From positions 1 to 59,080 of the forward strand of contig CAYWBK010000001.1 of NCBI GenBank assembly GCA_964455745.1: a stretch of DNA of 59,080 nucleotides. The letters run 5' to 3'. Numbering within the stretch: the first letter of the stretch is position 1; the number at the start of each line of letters is the position of its first letter. The notes beneath the pieces are model-generated. The model was not told the DNA's origin. It worked only from the letters and a program-made list of their open reading frames with translations, and searched no databases. A program made the translations under genes and the position numbers. Of the stretch, positions 35,435-46,597 are shown in pieces. Origin of the DNA: an uncultured Armatimonadia bacterium (lineage in GTDB: Bacteria > Armatimonadota > Zipacnadia > Zipacnadales > CAYWBK01).

Positions 35435-37612
35435 ATGGGAATACGCTGTTCTGCCCTGCTGGTCGCATCATTGGCTGTTGCGGCCACTATACTTGCCCTG
35501 CCTTTGGCCTCAGCCGACATCCAGGCACACGCGGTTTATGAGCCGCCATCTCCGCAGGCCATCGATCTCGGCGCGAACCTCTTCCTGAAAGCCCCGGTGA
35601 AGGCCTCTGGGCATTGGGACGGCTGCGTGCCCGAGAACGCGGTCGATGGCCGGCACGACAATCCGGGCGTTCATTGGGCGGCCGAGAACATCCCTGTGTG
35701 GCTTACTGTGGAGTTGAAAGAGCCGCGCGAGCTGAACCTCATCCGCCTGTGGACCTACTGGGACAATCGGCGATATTACCAATTCTGCATTGAGGGCTCG
35801 CTTGACGGCACGCAATGGACGATGCTTGCGGATCACCGCAGCAACACGACTCCGGCGACTGATGCCGGCGAGTCATTCGTCTTCCCCACCACGCGCGTAA
35901 AGTACGTTCGCACGACCTTCACGCATGATTCGGTCGGCGATGTCACGGGCGGGCATATCGTCGAGATCGAGGGCTACTGCCTCGCCCCGCAGCAAGCGGA
36001 GGCCTTCAGTGGTTACGAGCGCCGCTGGAGCGCCGGCCCGAACGGGCTGCAAGGCGCGTTCGGATCCATCGACGAACGCTATCCCCGCGACGAGCCGCCG
36101 CCGCTTGTGGCGTCGAAACAGGCTCAGGCCTGGTCGGCCACCGCCTGGCGTGGCGAGCGCGTCCATGCGCAGATCGTGCTGTGGTCGCGAGACGGGGCGA
36201 CTCAGGTGCGCTTCGTCCCCACCGAACTGCGCAGCGATTCCGGGGGCACGATCCCGGCGGCGTGCGTGCGTCCTAACTTCGAGCGCTATGTTCTCGGCGA
36301 TGGGAAGCTGCTGGCCGATATTCTCGACACCGCCCAGCGGCTCGACATCCCCGGCCGCAGCGTGCGCCCTATCTGGGTATCAGTGGATGTGCCGCGAGAC
36401 GCGAAGCCCGGAGTGTACCGAGGCCGGGTGGATGTCCTCGCCGCGGGCCAGACGGCGCTGCCCTTCCAGGTGAATGTCGAAGTCCTGCCCGCGGTGCTCC
36501 CGCCGCCGTCGGCATGGTCGTTCCGCCTCGACTTATGGCAGAACCCCTTCGCCATCGCGCGCTACCACCATGTGCAGCCGTGGTCGGAGGAGCACCTGCA
36601 ATTGCTGGAGCCGCACCTAAAGCTTCTGGCCTCGGCAGGCCAAAAGTGCATCACCACCAGCATCATCCACCACCCCTGGGGCACGCAGACTTACGACCCG
36701 TACGATTCGATGATCGAGTGGAAGCGCCACCGCGACGGCACGTGGAGCTACGACTACACGATCTTCGACAAGTGGGTCGAGTTGGCGATGCACTGCGGGA
36801 TTACGGATTCGATCAACTGCTACACCGTCGCGATGCCGCAGTATTTCGATGAAGCGACCGGCGACTACACGAGCGGCGGGATGTCACTGGAGGACATCTG
36901 GCGGCCGTTCCTGCAGGACTTCACGGCGCACCTGAAAGCGAAGGGGTGGCTGGGCAAGACGGCTCTCGCAATGGATGAGTGGCCGCTGCCGCAGATGAAG
37001 CCGATGATCGCCTTCATCCGCAAGGCCGCGCCGCAACTGAAGATCGCGCTGGCCGGGAGCAATGAGCCGGAGTTGAAGGACGAGATCGACGACTGGTGCG
37101 TGTTCATCGCGCCGCCGCTGGACCCGGAGATCGCGCGGGAGCGGGCCGCGAAGGGCCGGACGACTACGTTCTACGTCTGCTGCGGCCCTGGTCGCCCGAA
37201 CACGTTCACTTTCTCGTCCCCGGCGGAGGCCGCGTGGCTCGGCTGGTATGCCGCGGCGCAAGGGTACTCGGGCCTGCTGCGTTGGGCCTACGATAGCTGG
37301 GTGTCCGATCCGATGTACGACACAAGTTATGTAACCTGGCCGGCGGGCGATTGCTTCCTCGTCTACCCCGGCGCGCGCAGCTCGGTCCGGTTCGAGCGCC
37401 TGCGCGAAGGCATCCAGGATTTCGAAAAAGTGCGGATCGTGCGAGCGGCGTTAGGCAATTCGACCGATGCGGCAGCGAAGGCGGCATTGCAGCGCCTCGA
37501 TGCCGCGCTGGCAAAGTTCACTTACGAGAGAGTCCAGACGCAACCGGCGGCGGACGCCGTCAACGAAGCCCGGAGCGCGCTGACCGCGGCGAGCCGGCAG
37601 ATCGTACACTGA
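35435..37612 (+). CDS. Secreted F5/8 type C (discoidin) domain plus DUF4091/GH123-like glycoside hydrolase
   Basis: Signal peptide. ENAVDG..WAAE..WLTVELKEP..IRLW. C-terminal LLRWAYDSW. Confidence 0.7.
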   Translation: MGIRCSALLVASLAVAATILALPLASADIQAHAVYEPPSPQAIDLGANLFLKAPVKASGHWDGCVPENAVDGRHDNPGVHWAAENIPVWLTVELKEPRELNLIRLWTYWDNRRYYQFCIEGSLDGTQWTMLADHRSNTTPATDAGESFVFPTTRVKYVRTTFTHDSVGDVTGGHIVEIEGYCLAPQQAEAFSGYERRWSAGPNGLQGAFGSIDERYPRDEPPPLVASKQAQAWSATAWRGERVHAQIVLWSRDGATQVRFVPTELRSDSGGTIPAACVRPNFERYVLGDGKLLADILDTAQRLDIPGRSVRPIWVSVDVPRDAKPGVYRGRVDVLAAGQTALPFQVNVEVLPAVLPPPSAWSFRLDLWQNPFAIARYHHVQPWSEEHLQLLEPHLKLLASAGQKCITTSIIHHPWGTQTYDPYDSMIEWKRHRDGTWSYDYTIFDKWVELAMHCGITDSINCYTVAMPQYFDEATGDYTSGGMSLEDIWRPFLQDFTAHLKAKGWLGKTALAMDEWPLPQMKPMIAFIRKAAPQLKIALAGSNEPELKDEIDDWCVFIAPPLDPEIARERAAKGRTTTFYVCCGPGRPNTFTFSSPAEAAWLGWYAAAQGYSGLLRWAYDSWVSDPMYDTSYVTWPAGDCFLVYPGARSSVRFERLREGIQDFEKVRIVRAALGNSTDAAAKAALQRLDAALAKFTYERVQTQPAADAVNEARSALTAASRQIVH

Positions 37613-37629
37613 CAGGAGATAGGCCGAAC

Positions 37630-38685
37630 ATGGAACCAGTGAAGCTCGGAGTCATCGGGTGCGGCGTCATCGGGCCGCATCATCTGGCCGGCGCGGCTGA
37701 ATCGCCGCTGATCGAGGTTGTCGCCGTCGCGGACCGGATCGAGGAGCGCGGCAAAGCCGCGGCAGAGAAGTTCGGCGTGTCGAAGGTCTACCTGGAGGGC
37801 GACGACCTCATCGACGATCCGGACATCGAGGCCGTCGTGCTGGCGCTTCCGGCCTGCGGGCGCGGAAGTCTCGCCCTGCACGCTTTCTCCAAGGGCAAGC
37901 ACGTGCTCACCGAGAAGCCGGTCGGGATGAGCGCCGCTGAGGTGCAGCAGATGATCGCCGCCAAGGGCGATCTGGTCGGAGCCTGCTGCTCGTCGCGGTA
38001 CCGCTTCCCCGAGGGCGCGGAGAAGGCCACGGAGATCATCGCGTCGGGCGTGTTGGGCGATCTGCGCGAGGTGCACTTCCGGTGTTTCAGCCCGGCGGGG
38101 CCGCCCCCGCAAAGCCCTCCGCCGCCCTGGCGGCTGAAGAAGGCCATGAACGGCGGCGGGTTTCTCTGCAATTGGGGCTGTTATGACCTCGACTACATGC
38201 TGGGAATTACGGGCTGGTCGCTGAAGCCCAAAACCGTGTTCGCGCGGACGTGGACCGTCTCCCCCATCTTCGAGCCGAACGTCGCCCCCGGCTCCGACGC
38301 CGAGACGCACTTCACGGCGCTGATCGCCTGTGAGAACGGCACGACCATCAGCATCGAACGCGGCGAGTACATGCCAATCCGGGCGGAAGACTCGTGGCAG
38401 ATCATCGGCACGACGGGATCCTTGCGGCTGCACATGCTGCCCAACGACCCCAAGCAGATCATCCTCGACAAGGCCGTGTACGAGCAGGGCATCGTCACCG
38501 AGGTGGTCTGGGAGGGCGATGAGGACAACTCGAAGGTGCACGCCGGGCCAGTCAGGGATTTCGCCGCCGCGATTCGCGAAAAGCGCGCGCCGAGGACAAG
38601 CCTGGAACAGGCGCTCATAGTAGCGAAGATCACCGACGCGGTGTATGCGTCGGCGGCGAAGGGCACATCGGTCGAGGTCGAATAG
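37630..38685 (+). CDS. Gfo/Idh/MocA family oxidoreductase
   Basis: SD AGGAG. KLGVIGCGVIGPHH, TEKPVGMS. Confidence 0.9.
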   Translation: MEPVKLGVIGCGVIGPHHLAGAAESPLIEVVAVADRIEERGKAAAEKFGVSKVYLEGDDLIDDPDIEAVVLALPACGRGSLALHAFSKGKHVLTEKPVGMSAAEVQQMIAAKGDLVGACCSSRYRFPEGAEKATEIIASGVLGDLREVHFRCFSPAGPPPQSPPPPWRLKKAMNGGGFLCNWGCYDLDYMLGITGWSLKPKTVFARTWTVSPIFEPNVAPGSDAETHFTALIACENGTTISIERGEYMPIRAEDSWQIIGTTGSLRLHMLPNDPKQIILDKAVYEQGIVTEVVWEGDEDNSKVHAGPVRDFAAAIREKRAPRTSLEQALIVAKITDAVYASAAKGTSVEVE

Positions 38686-38713
38686 GCACGCGTGGCGAAG
38701 GTGGTGCGGCAGA

Positions 38714-38802
38714 GCGCGTGGCGCGGGCGTCTCGCCCGCGATGCCGTTCCGCGGCGTCATCCACCGACAACGGCCTGGCAGGCGAGACGCCTGCCCCACG
38801 CG
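38714..38802. repeat. Inverted pair of REP units (cgcgtggSgcRggcgtctcgccYgc...)
   Basis: Units at 38714-38747 and 38769-38802. The composite is the reverse complement of 44608-44684 apart from the spacer. Confidence 0.8.
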
Positions 38803-38842
38803 ACGGAGACGAAGCGGACCACTCCCAGTCAGAGAGGCGATC

Positions 38843-39892
38843 ATGGCGAAGAAACAGCGCTACCTCAACCCGTTCGATGGCGTCATGGCGTGGATCAAGC
38901 ACGAGAAGTCCGACCTGACCTTCGAGGGCAAGACCCGCGAGGACTATGAGACCTGGGAGAAGGCGTTTCGCTCGCGGCTCAAGCGGCTGCTGGGGCCTCT
39001 CCCCGAACGCGTGCCGCTGGACCCGGAGATCGTGGAGACGGTGGACTGCGGCGACTACATCCGCGAAAAGGTCATCTACGATACCGAGAAGTACGCCAGC
39101 GTCCCGGCGTATGTGCTGATCCCCAAGGGCCTCAAGCCCGGGGAGAAGCGGCCCGGAATCCTCGCCGCGCACGGGCACGGGCGTGGGAAAGTCGACATCT
39201 GCGCGGTGTATGACACTCCCGAGGAGAGCGAGTTCGTGGGGGCGCTGAACTACGACTACGCCCGGCAGTTCGCGCGGCGTGGGTATGTGGTGATCGCGCC
39301 GGACTGGCGCGGCTTCGGCGAGCGGCTCAGCCCGAAGGAGTGGGCGCGCGAAGGCCGCGACCCGTGCAATGTTAACTACATGGCACACGGGTACCTGGGC
39401 CACCACCTGCTGGCGCTGCAGATTTGGGACGGAATGCGGACCGTGGACTACCTGCAGTCGAGGCCGGAGGTGGACGGCAAGCGACTGGGCGTCGCCGGGC
39501 TGTCCTTCGGCGGGACGATGACAACCTACCTGGCGGCGCTGGAGCCAAGGCTGAAGGTCGCCTGCATCAGCGGGTATCTGAGCACGGTCAAGGGGGATGC
39601 GATGACGCTTCGCGGCAACGGCAACTTCTGCGGGGCGCAGTACATGCCGGGGCTGCTGACCATCGGGGACATCCCCGAAGTCGCGGGCCTCATCGCCCCG
39701 AAGCCGTTGTGCGTGGAGATGGGCGAGCAGGACCAGTGCTTCGTGATCGAAGACACGAAGAAAGCGTTCGCGCAACTCAAGAAGATCTACAAAGCGGCGG
39801 GGGTGCCGGAGCGACTCATCGGGGACGTGCATCCCGGCGGGCACGTGTGGAGTGGCGCGAAGTCGTTCCCCTGGTTCGAGAAGTGGGTCTGA
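38843..39892 (+). CDS. Alpha/beta hydrolase (acetyl-xylan-esterase/dienelactone-hydrolase-like)
   Basis: ATG at 38843 follows AGAGAGG. GLSFGG nucleophile elbow. ILAAHGHG. Confidence 0.8.
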   Translation: MAKKQRYLNPFDGVMAWIKHEKSDLTFEGKTREDYETWEKAFRSRLKRLLGPLPERVPLDPEIVETVDCGDYIREKVIYDTEKYASVPAYVLIPKGLKPGEKRPGILAAHGHGRGKVDICAVYDTPEESEFVGALNYDYARQFARRGYVVIAPDWRGFGERLSPKEWAREGRDPCNVNYMAHGYLGHHLLALQIWDGMRTVDYLQSRPEVDGKRLGVAGLSFGGTMTTYLAALEPRLKVACISGYLSTVKGDAMTLRGNGNFCGAQYMPGLLTIGDIPEVAGLIAPKPLCVEMGEQDQCFVIEDTKKAFAQLKKIYKAAGVPERLIGDVHPGGHVWSGAKSFPWFEKWV

Positions 39893-39924
39893 GGGCACCT
39901 CCTCGGCCGCCTGCGGCGGCCACT

Positions 39925-40002
39925 CCCCCTCTCCACTCGTGGAGAGGGGGAGAAACAGCCTGCAGCTATCGCGTGGAGCGGGCGTCTCGCCCGCTGGCCG
40001 TT
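39925..40002. repeat. Two REP-like hairpins (ccccctctccac-tc-gtggagaggggg; cgcgtggagcgggcgtctcgcccgc)
   Basis: Copies of the families seen at 22401 and at 38714/44651. Confidence 0.7.
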
Positions 40003-40086
40003 CTCTGGCCCTCCATGCTTCCTGTGGATGCGCGGTTCATCGCACGCCTCGTGCTCAGGCTTCAGCGCAGCGTAGCTGTCATCGCC

Positions 40087-40584
40087 CTACCTGGCGGGGG
40101 AAAGCCGATGGAGGTGCCACGAATCGGCTAGGCTTGGCTTGAGTTGGAGGGCCTTGCGGTACTCGGCTTGCTCGCGGTCCTGATCGCCTTTGTGCCAGTA
40201 TGCGAGCCCGCGTTCGACATAGGCCTCCGCACAGTCGGGCTTGAGCGCGATGGCCCTGTCGAGGTCCGCGATGGCCTCGTCGAAGTCAGCGGCGGCCTTG
40301 TCGGAGCCAGCGGTGGTGCGGTCATAGGTACCCTTGCCGTCGTAGGCGGTCCCACGGCGGTAGTAGGTGTCGGCGCTGTTCGGCCTGAGCGCGATGGCCT
40401 GGGTGTACTGCGCTATCGCACTGTCGTAGTCGTCCGTACGCAGAAGTGCGTCGGCCCGCTCCACACAGGCCCTTGCGGCAATCCTTCGCGAGCACACGGG
40501 CAGCATCGTAGCGAGCAACGCTACCAGCGCAGCGCACAGAACCGCGCCCACAACAGCCCACTTCAGCAGTCTGGTCATGGTCAT
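40087..40584 (-). CDS. TPR-repeat protein with an N-terminal membrane anchor
   Basis: LLKWAVVGAVLCAALVALLATML. Repeated A..Y..AI.L.P....AY..RG motifs. Start at 40584 or 40578. Confidence 0.7.
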   Translation of the reverse strand: MTMTRLLKWAVVGAVLCAALVALLATMLPVCSRRIAARACVERADALLRTDDYDSAIAQYTQAIALRPNSADTYYRRGTAYDGKGTYDRTTAGSDKAAADFDEAIADLDRAIALKPDCAEAYVERGLAYWHKGDQDREQAEYRKALQLKPSLADSWHLHRLSPAR

Positions 40585-40641
40585 CCCCCGAACAGCGTCT
40601 CCCCTGCGATCCACCGCGCTCGCGCGGCTCCTGACACCCGC

Positions 40642-41571
40642 TCACGCCTCAAACAGCCCGCCCTGCAGGTAACGCTCGCCGGTGTCGCACAGGATTGTGA
40701 CGATGGTCTTGCCGGCGTTCTCGGGGCGCTTGGCCAACGTGACCGCTGCGGCCACGTTCGCGCCTGCGGAGATGCCGACCAGCAAGCCCTCCTCCTTCGC
40801 ACAACGGCGCGCCATCACGACGGACTCTTCGTAGGTCAGCGCCATCACCTCGTCCAGCAGCTCGCGCTGCAGGACCTCCGGCACAAATCCGGCGCCGATC
40901 CCCTGAATCTTGTGCTGGCCCCTGCGGCCCTCGCTGAGGATCGGCGAGTCAATCGGCTCCACCGCGACCGCCAGCGCGCCGGGCTTGCGGGCCTTCAGCA
41001 CCCGCGCGATGCCGGTGAGCGTCCCGCCGGTGCCGACCCCGGCGACGATGGCATCAACCGCGCCGCCGGTCGCCTCCCAGATCTCCTCCGCCGTCGTCTT
41101 CTCGTGGATGTCCGGGTTTGCGGGGTTCTGAAACTGCTGGGGGATGAACGCATCACCCAATTCGGCGGCCAGTTCGCTCGCCCTCTCGATTGCGCCGGTC
41201 ATGCCGCGAGTGCCCTCAGTGAGGACCAGTTCGGCCCCGTAGGCCTTCAGCAACATGCGGCGCTCAACGCTCATCGTCTCGGGCATCGTGAGGATGCAGC
41301 GGTACCCCTTGACCGAGGCCGTCATCGCGAGAGCGATCCCGGTGTTGCCGCTCGTCGGCTCGATGATGACCGTCTTGCCGGGCGTGATGAGGCCCTGCTC
41401 TTCGGCGGCCTCGATCATCGCCTTGCCAATGCGATCCTTGACGCTGGCGCCGGGGTTGAAGAATTCCGCCTTGGCGAGGACGGTCGCGGAGGCACCGTCG
41501 GTGACGTGGTTGAGGCGGATGAGGGGCGTTTCGCCTATGGTCTCGAGGACGTTGTTGTAGACTTTGCGCAT
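40642..41571 (-). CDS. cysK: Cysteine synthase A (O-acetylserine sulfhydrylase)
   Basis: [39 protein letters not shown]. Confidence 0.92.
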   Translation of the reverse strand: MRKVYNNVLETIGETPLIRLNHVTDGASATVLAKAEFFNPGASVKDRIGKAMIEAAEEQGLITPGKTVIIEPTSGNTGIALAMTASVKGYRCILTMPETMSVERRMLLKAYGAELVLTEGTRGMTGAIERASELAAELGDAFIPQQFQNPANPDIHEKTTAEEIWEATGGAVDAIVAGVGTGGTLTGIARVLKARKPGALAVAVEPIDSPILSEGRRGQHKIQGIGAGFVPEVLQRELLDEVMALTYEESVVMARRCAKEEGLLVGISAGANVAAAVTLAKRPENAGKTIVTILCDTGERYLQGGLFEA

Positions 41572-41580
41572 GGTTGGATA

Positions 41581-41622
41581 CTCCAGGATGCTGGATGCTG
41601 GATGCTGGGAACGGCAACGGCC
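41581..41622. repeat. Solo right-arm element (3 perfect heptads GATGCTG plus GAACGGCAACGGC anchor) directly upstream of cysK
   Basis: Heptads at 41587-41607. Minus sense reads gccgttgccgttcc-cagcatc x3-ctggagtatccaaccATG. Confidence 0.7.
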
Positions 41623-41675
41623 CCACCCCGCCGCCCTTACGGGCGGCACCCCTCCCGTGCCGGGAGGGGAACGGC

Positions 41676-44549
41676 CTATGGCACTTCGACTGTGATCTCC
41701 GGCGATTGATCGTTCGTGAACTGCGTGCCCTCATAGTACAGCCAGCCGGGGTCGCAGCTTGTGTAAGTGCCCGGATCGACGGCGGTCTCGGACCAGGTGC
41801 CGTCGAGGCGCTGGAGAGCGAGGGCCACTCCGCGGAACTTGTAGCAGTCGCCGCCGGCATTGCCCAACTGGATCACATTCGTGCGCCGGAGGCGTGAGAC
41901 CTGCTCGGGAGGGATGTCGATGAAGGTCTCCTGCCAGGCGGACAGCTCGCCCCGGTTGGGAGGCACGCGGGCGAGCTTCTCGCCGTTGAGGGTGATCCAC
42001 TTGTCGATGTACTGCGGCTCGCCGTTCACGTCGAAGACTTCCAGCCGCAGCCGCGCGGCCTTCAGGTGCGCCAGCTCGTCGTCGGTGATGTGAATCAGTT
42101 CGCGCTTGCGCTCGATGAGCGTCGGTTTGAGGGCGCAGACCGTCTGGCGCGCGTACTGCTGGGCGATGGGCAGGGGAGTGTGCAGGCCGGACGGGCGCGC
42201 GTCTCGGGCAACAACGGGCCGGTCCATGACCAGCCAGGCTTCCACCGTGGCCCTGGTGGATGAGAAAGGGCGCTCCCCGGCAGGAGGCAGCTTCGCCTCG
42301 ACAGTGACGGACTTGCCTCTCAATGCCCTCAGGTCGATGGACTGCAGATGCCAGTTCGGCCCGTCGGCGCGCCGCAGCTTCGCGGCCCGACCGTCGATGC
42401 TGATGGATGTGAAGTCGGTCTGGCCCTGCGCGCGCACAGTCAGGTACAGGTCGCAGCGGGCCATGTCCTCGTTGGGGACGGCGAAGGCGGTGCGGATGAG
42501 AGGCTCGAGGCTTTGCGCGTCGAGCGATGTCGTGATGGGGGGAGGGGACGCCTCGGCCCCGGAGGGAACGCGAGCGGCGCCGGCGACGCGTCCCGGCGTG
42601 ACGTCGATCAACATGACGCTGCAGCCGGGAATGTCCCAGCGCGCCTCGCGGCCGGATACCCAGGTGCGAGGCGCGGACGCGTAGTATGGGTAGATGACCC
42701 GCGCGGAGAAGGCTTTGCGGGTCGCGCCGCGGTAAAAGACGGACTGATCGAAGGGAACGCGGATGGAGGCTGCCCCCGGTGCGGGATTGCGCAACGCAAT
42801 GATGCCGTGATCTCCGTTCCAGTGCACGTAGCCGTATGGCTCGCCCTGGCGCACGTCGCCGCCGATCATCACCGTGTTGCGCAGGGCTTCGGAGTTCTCG
42901 ACCGCCCAGCGCGTAGCCTCGCCGAGGACCTCCCAGCGCGGCTTATCCATGAGATCGGGGGTGATGTACAGCTCCTTGAGCTGCACCCCGCGCGCGTAGT
43001 ACAGCACCGCCATGTCCGAAAACTCGCGGAGCGTCTCGTCATCGCCGCCCAGCTTGCACAAGCGACCGTGGATGATCCCGTGGGTCATCAATGCCGACAG
43101 CGGCACGAGATTGTGGTCGCGCATGTAGACATTGTAGAAATGCCCGTCGCGGTAGCTCATGTCCCACTCGCGCGGGGCAAGCTGCGGGAAGGTCTTCTCA
43201 TAGCCGAAATCCCCCGCGCACATCCAGATCGAATCGGCGTACATCAGCCACCAGGGCGAGAGCCACACGCTGGAGGTGATGTTGAGGAAGATCGAGGGGT
43301 TGACCTTGCGCTCGAAGGCCAGCAGGTCGATTTCGGCGTCGAGGCTGGCCTCGTGGCCGTGCAGTTGATCGGGCAAGTGGCCGTGGCCGGGGGCCGAGCA
43401 TTGCAGGCTGTTGAAATCGTGCTTGTAGTAGGCGAGGTTCCCGTCGCGGATGAGGCGCTCGGTGGCCCGGCGGATCTCGGCGTTGTATTTCGGCGCGGCG
43501 ATGCAGTAGAAATCCCCGAGGTTCGAGCGCTCGTACCCCTGCGCGACACCCCAATCAATGTTGAGGTTCGTCCCGTTAAGCGGCATCCACAGCCCCAGGC
43601 GCGAGCCGCCCTTCTCGAGGCCTTGCGCGAGGGGCCGGAAGCCTTGCGGATAGCGCTTCGGATTAGGCTTCCAGATGGAGTTATAGTCCTGCCAGCCGTC
43701 ATCCGGCGTGAAGGCATCCATCTTCAGGCGGTAGGGGTCGAGCAGGTTCACCTTGAACTTGTGGAAGGCATCCAGAACGTTGGGGATAGTCATCGCGTCG
43801 CCCTGCAAGTCGTACCACGAGTTGTACTGCAGGAAGTTTCGCGTCTGGATGCGGATCGTGTTCAGGTAGTCGCTGAACGCAAGTTCGCGCGTGAGGCCGC
43901 GAGGGGTGACGCCGATCACCGCCGGCTTCGAGACGAGCGGAGCCGCGAGGGATCGGCCGGGGTAATGGTGCAGGATCAAGTCGCGCTGCGTCTCGCCGGG
44001 CTTTAAGCGGAGGTCATTATAGCCGGCGGGGTATTCGAGGCCCGCATACCAGATGTCGCCGAGGAAAGCCGGCTGGCCGTAGCCGCCACGAGTGGCGGGA
44101 GCGGCGACGGTGAGGCGCTCCACGTCCAGTTCGTCGATGACGGTCTCGGCCCGTCCGGTGACGGTGAGTTGCTTGCGCATGAACGGGTCGTCGCCGTGGA
44201 CCCAGTAGCGGACGGCGACCTTGAGGCCGGAGGTGGGGCTGGTCGCCTCGAACGTGACGGACGACGCGGTCGTTTTCGGGGCAGACCAGGTGAAGGCCGA
44301 AGCGGGGACGGTCGCGCCCTGGTAGACTTTGACCGTGAACTCCTCGGCGGCGAACACGGGAAGCGCGTCAGAGCCGTCACCACGGGCGAAGGCGACGGTC
44401 GACCAGACGGTGCCGCGCCTGGCCCACTCGCGCTGGATCGCGGCGTTCCCGAGGACTAGCTTGTCGCCGGTCAATCTACAATATGGGCCAGCATGGGCGG
44501 CGGTGACAGAGGTGATGGCAATGAGGGCAAGTGCGCGAAGCTGGGTCAT
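41676..44549 (-). CDS. Secreted GH36/GH31-clan alpha-galactosidase-like glycoside hydrolase with a C-terminal beta-sandwich region
   Basis: SD AAGGTG lies before the ATG at 44549. Signal peptide. [24 protein letters not shown]. Confidence 0.6.
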   Translation of the reverse strand: MTQLRALALIAITSVTAAHAGPYCRLTGDKLVLGNAAIQREWARRGTVWSTVAFARGDGSDALPVFAAEEFTVKVYQGATVPASAFTWSAPKTTASSVTFEATSPTSGLKVAVRYWVHGDDPFMRKQLTVTGRAETVIDELDVERLTVAAPATRGGYGQPAFLGDIWYAGLEYPAGYNDLRLKPGETQRDLILHHYPGRSLAAPLVSKPAVIGVTPRGLTRELAFSDYLNTIRIQTRNFLQYNSWYDLQGDAMTIPNVLDAFHKFKVNLLDPYRLKMDAFTPDDGWQDYNSIWKPNPKRYPQGFRPLAQGLEKGGSRLGLWMPLNGTNLNIDWGVAQGYERSNLGDFYCIAAPKYNAEIRRATERLIRDGNLAYYKHDFNSLQCSAPGHGHLPDQLHGHEASLDAEIDLLAFERKVNPSIFLNITSSVWLSPWWLMYADSIWMCAGDFGYEKTFPQLAPREWDMSYRDGHFYNVYMRDHNLVPLSALMTHGIIHGRLCKLGGDDETLREFSDMAVLYYARGVQLKELYITPDLMDKPRWEVLGEATRWAVENSEALRNTVMIGGDVRQGEPYGYVHWNGDHGIIALRNPAPGAASIRVPFDQSVFYRGATRKAFSARVIYPYYASAPRTWVSGREARWDIPGCSVMLIDVTPGRVAGAARVPSGAEASPPPITTSLDAQSLEPLIRTAFAVPNEDMARCDLYLTVRAQGQTDFTSISIDGRAAKLRRADGPNWHLQSIDLRALRGKSVTVEAKLPPAGERPFSSTRATVEAWLVMDRPVVARDARPSGLHTPLPIAQQYARQTVCALKPTLIERKRELIHITDDELAHLKAARLRLEVFDVNGEPQYIDKWITLNGEKLARVPPNRGELSAWQETFIDIPPEQVSRLRRTNVIQLGNAGGDCYKFRGVALALQRLDGTWSETAVDPGTYTSCDPGWLYYEGTQFTNDQSPEITVEVP

Positions 44550-44607
44550 GGGGGACACCTTCGTTGATAGCTCTGCTGCTGGTAACAGTCAGGCAGGCTT
44601 CGGGACA

Positions 44608-44684
44608 ACGCGTGGGGCAGGCGTCTCGCCTGCCAGGCTGTCACCTGCGAAACGGCATCGCGGGCGAGACGCCCGCGCCACGCG
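44608..44684. repeat. Inverted pair of REP units, a mirror copy of 38714-38802
   Basis: Units at 44608-44641 and 44651-44684. The second is the exact reverse complement of 38714-38747. Confidence 0.8.
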
Positions 44685-44693
44685 AGGCCGCTG

Positions 44694-46442
44694 TCATTCA
44701 TAGCGGTAAAGCCGGACATCGAGCGGCGCGAAGGTCGCCTCGGCGGTGAGATCGACCTGTTGCGCGGCGCCGCCGGTCAGCTCGCGGACGCTTCGCGCGC
44801 CATCGGCCCACGGCAGCCTCGCCTTCACCGGCTCGCCGCCGGTGGCGTGGTTGATGACCGCTACGAGCCAGCCGCTGCCGTCCCGCACGCGCCGGGCCTC
44901 AAGCTGCGGGTACGCGACCGGGTAGTGGAAGTGGCCGCGCTCGGGCGACCAGTTCAGATACGCCGCCTCGCCGGCCTGGGAGTACGGCGCGCGGAGGCGC
45001 GAGTCGGCCGGCAGCGGGATGACGCGGACATCATGCACCAGACTGGCCCGGCGCGTCACGCCGATGGTGATGTCCGGGTCGGGCTTGCGGCCGTATTCGT
45101 CCTGCAGCAGGCAGCGGTCGTCCAGGTACACGGCGACGCCTTTCGGCAGCGACATGATCGCCTGCCAGTTGACGCGCGGGAGGCGCGTATGGGCGGGAAT
45201 GTAGAGCATCCCCTCGCGCAGGCGGTGGATGTCTTGCGGGCACAGGTAAGCCCACGGCAGCCCGAGGCAAGCGACCTGGGTGTAGAGCGCTTGCGAGGCG
45301 TCGTCATCGGCATTCAGGCGGTCGGTGAGGAGCACGTGAAGCCTCGCCGGGGCCTGGGAGAGCTTGCGAAGCTGCGGCTCCAGGCGGCGCAGATCGGCCA
45401 GAATGCCCGGCGTCGCCTGGTGTGTCTCCTTCGCGGCGGGCTTGTTCCACTGGCCCCAGGCGAAGCTGGCCGACATCCACTCGTTGTTCAGGGCGCTGAG
45501 GAAGTACCGATACCGCGACTTCGCCGGCGAGCCGCCATAGATGTAGTCGTCATTATAGAGGTGAAGCTCGGAGTTGAAGACCGGCTTGCCGGTCGTGCGA
45601 GCGATGTCGCCCATCGCCTTGATGCGCCACTGCGGGTAGTCGGCGAGCACATCGTCCCAGCAGATCATCGACAGACCCTCGCACGCACGGTGCAACAGCG
45701 GATCGCCGCCGGTCTTCGGGCAGTAGAGCAGCTTGCCGAGGGCAGGCTCGCAAACCTTCGAGTACAAAGCGCTGTAGTACCGATCGAAGACCTCGACAGC
45801 GAAGCGCTGGTAGTCGACCTGGCCGGGCGAATCGACGGCAGGCACGGCGACCGCGTCGAAACTCGCGAACTTCGTCCCCCAGGCGGCGTTGAGGGCGTCG
45901 ATGGTCTTGTGCCGGGCTTTCAAATCGGCGATGAAGGCCGCCCACCACTTCGGGTGGTCCTTCGGATTGCCGCCTGTCGGGCCGACCTCGTTCCCCAGCA
46001 TGATCCCGGCGACGCATTTATGGCCTTTCAGCACCCGCACCCAGTCGGTGAGGAACTTCGCGGCGCGTAGCGGGTCCTCAACGGCGTCATCCAGGCCGCC
46101 GCCCTCACCCGGTGAGCCGAACTGGATGTTGTGCATGAGGAAGAAGCGCACGTCATGGCCGTCGCACCAGTCGAGGACCGCGGATGCGGTGCGTTCGAGA
46201 TCGCTGCCGGGCGTGGGGATCGTCCAGGTCCACGAGGCGAACTCGACGAGATTGAAGCCGTCGGCGTGGAGCTTTTCAAGCTCGGCGATGGCGGCGTCGG
46301 CTTTCGGCGGGCAGAAGAAGACGACGCCCTCTGCCAGTGGCAACGAGACGGGAGGAGCCGCGTGGCAGCCCGCGAGCGGGATGGCCGCAAGAGCGAAGAT
46401 GATGGGCAGGCGGAGCGCAGTGACAGGACTTGAGGTGAGCAT
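44694..46442 (-). CDS. Lipoprotein glycoside hydrolase (GH42/GH5-like TIM barrel)
   Basis: ATG at 46442 follows GAGGA. Lipobox IPLAGC. GFNLVEFASWTW, MLGNEVGP. Confidence 0.6.
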   Translation of the reverse strand: MLTSSPVTALRLPIIFALAAIPLAGCHAAPPVSLPLAEGVVFFCPPKADAAIAELEKLHADGFNLVEFASWTWTIPTPGSDLERTASAVLDWCDGHDVRFFLMHNIQFGSPGEGGGLDDAVEDPLRAAKFLTDWVRVLKGHKCVAGIMLGNEVGPTGGNPKDHPKWWAAFIADLKARHKTIDALNAAWGTKFASFDAVAVPAVDSPGQVDYQRFAVEVFDRYYSALYSKVCEPALGKLLYCPKTGGDPLLHRACEGLSMICWDDVLADYPQWRIKAMGDIARTTGKPVFNSELHLYNDDYIYGGSPAKSRYRYFLSALNNEWMSASFAWGQWNKPAAKETHQATPGILADLRRLEPQLRKLSQAPARLHVLLTDRLNADDDASQALYTQVACLGLPWAYLCPQDIHRLREGMLYIPAHTRLPRVNWQAIMSLPKGVAVYLDDRCLLQDEYGRKPDPDITIGVTRRASLVHDVRVIPLPADSRLRAPYSQAGEAAYLNWSPERGHFHYPVAYPQLEARRVRDGSGWLVAVINHATGGEPVKARLPWADGARSVRELTGGAAQQVDLTAEATFAPLDVRLYRYE

Positions 46443-46597
46443 GACCGGGTGATTCCTCGCCAGCGGCGAGAGGGCCTTCACGAGGCGGCAGGAGTCGCGG
46501 AAACACCTGGCCAATACTTGCAGCGTATAGGTTCTTCTGGGGAGGACGCACACTCCCCACATATCCACATCCGCTCCACTGACCGAGGTGACCTGCG

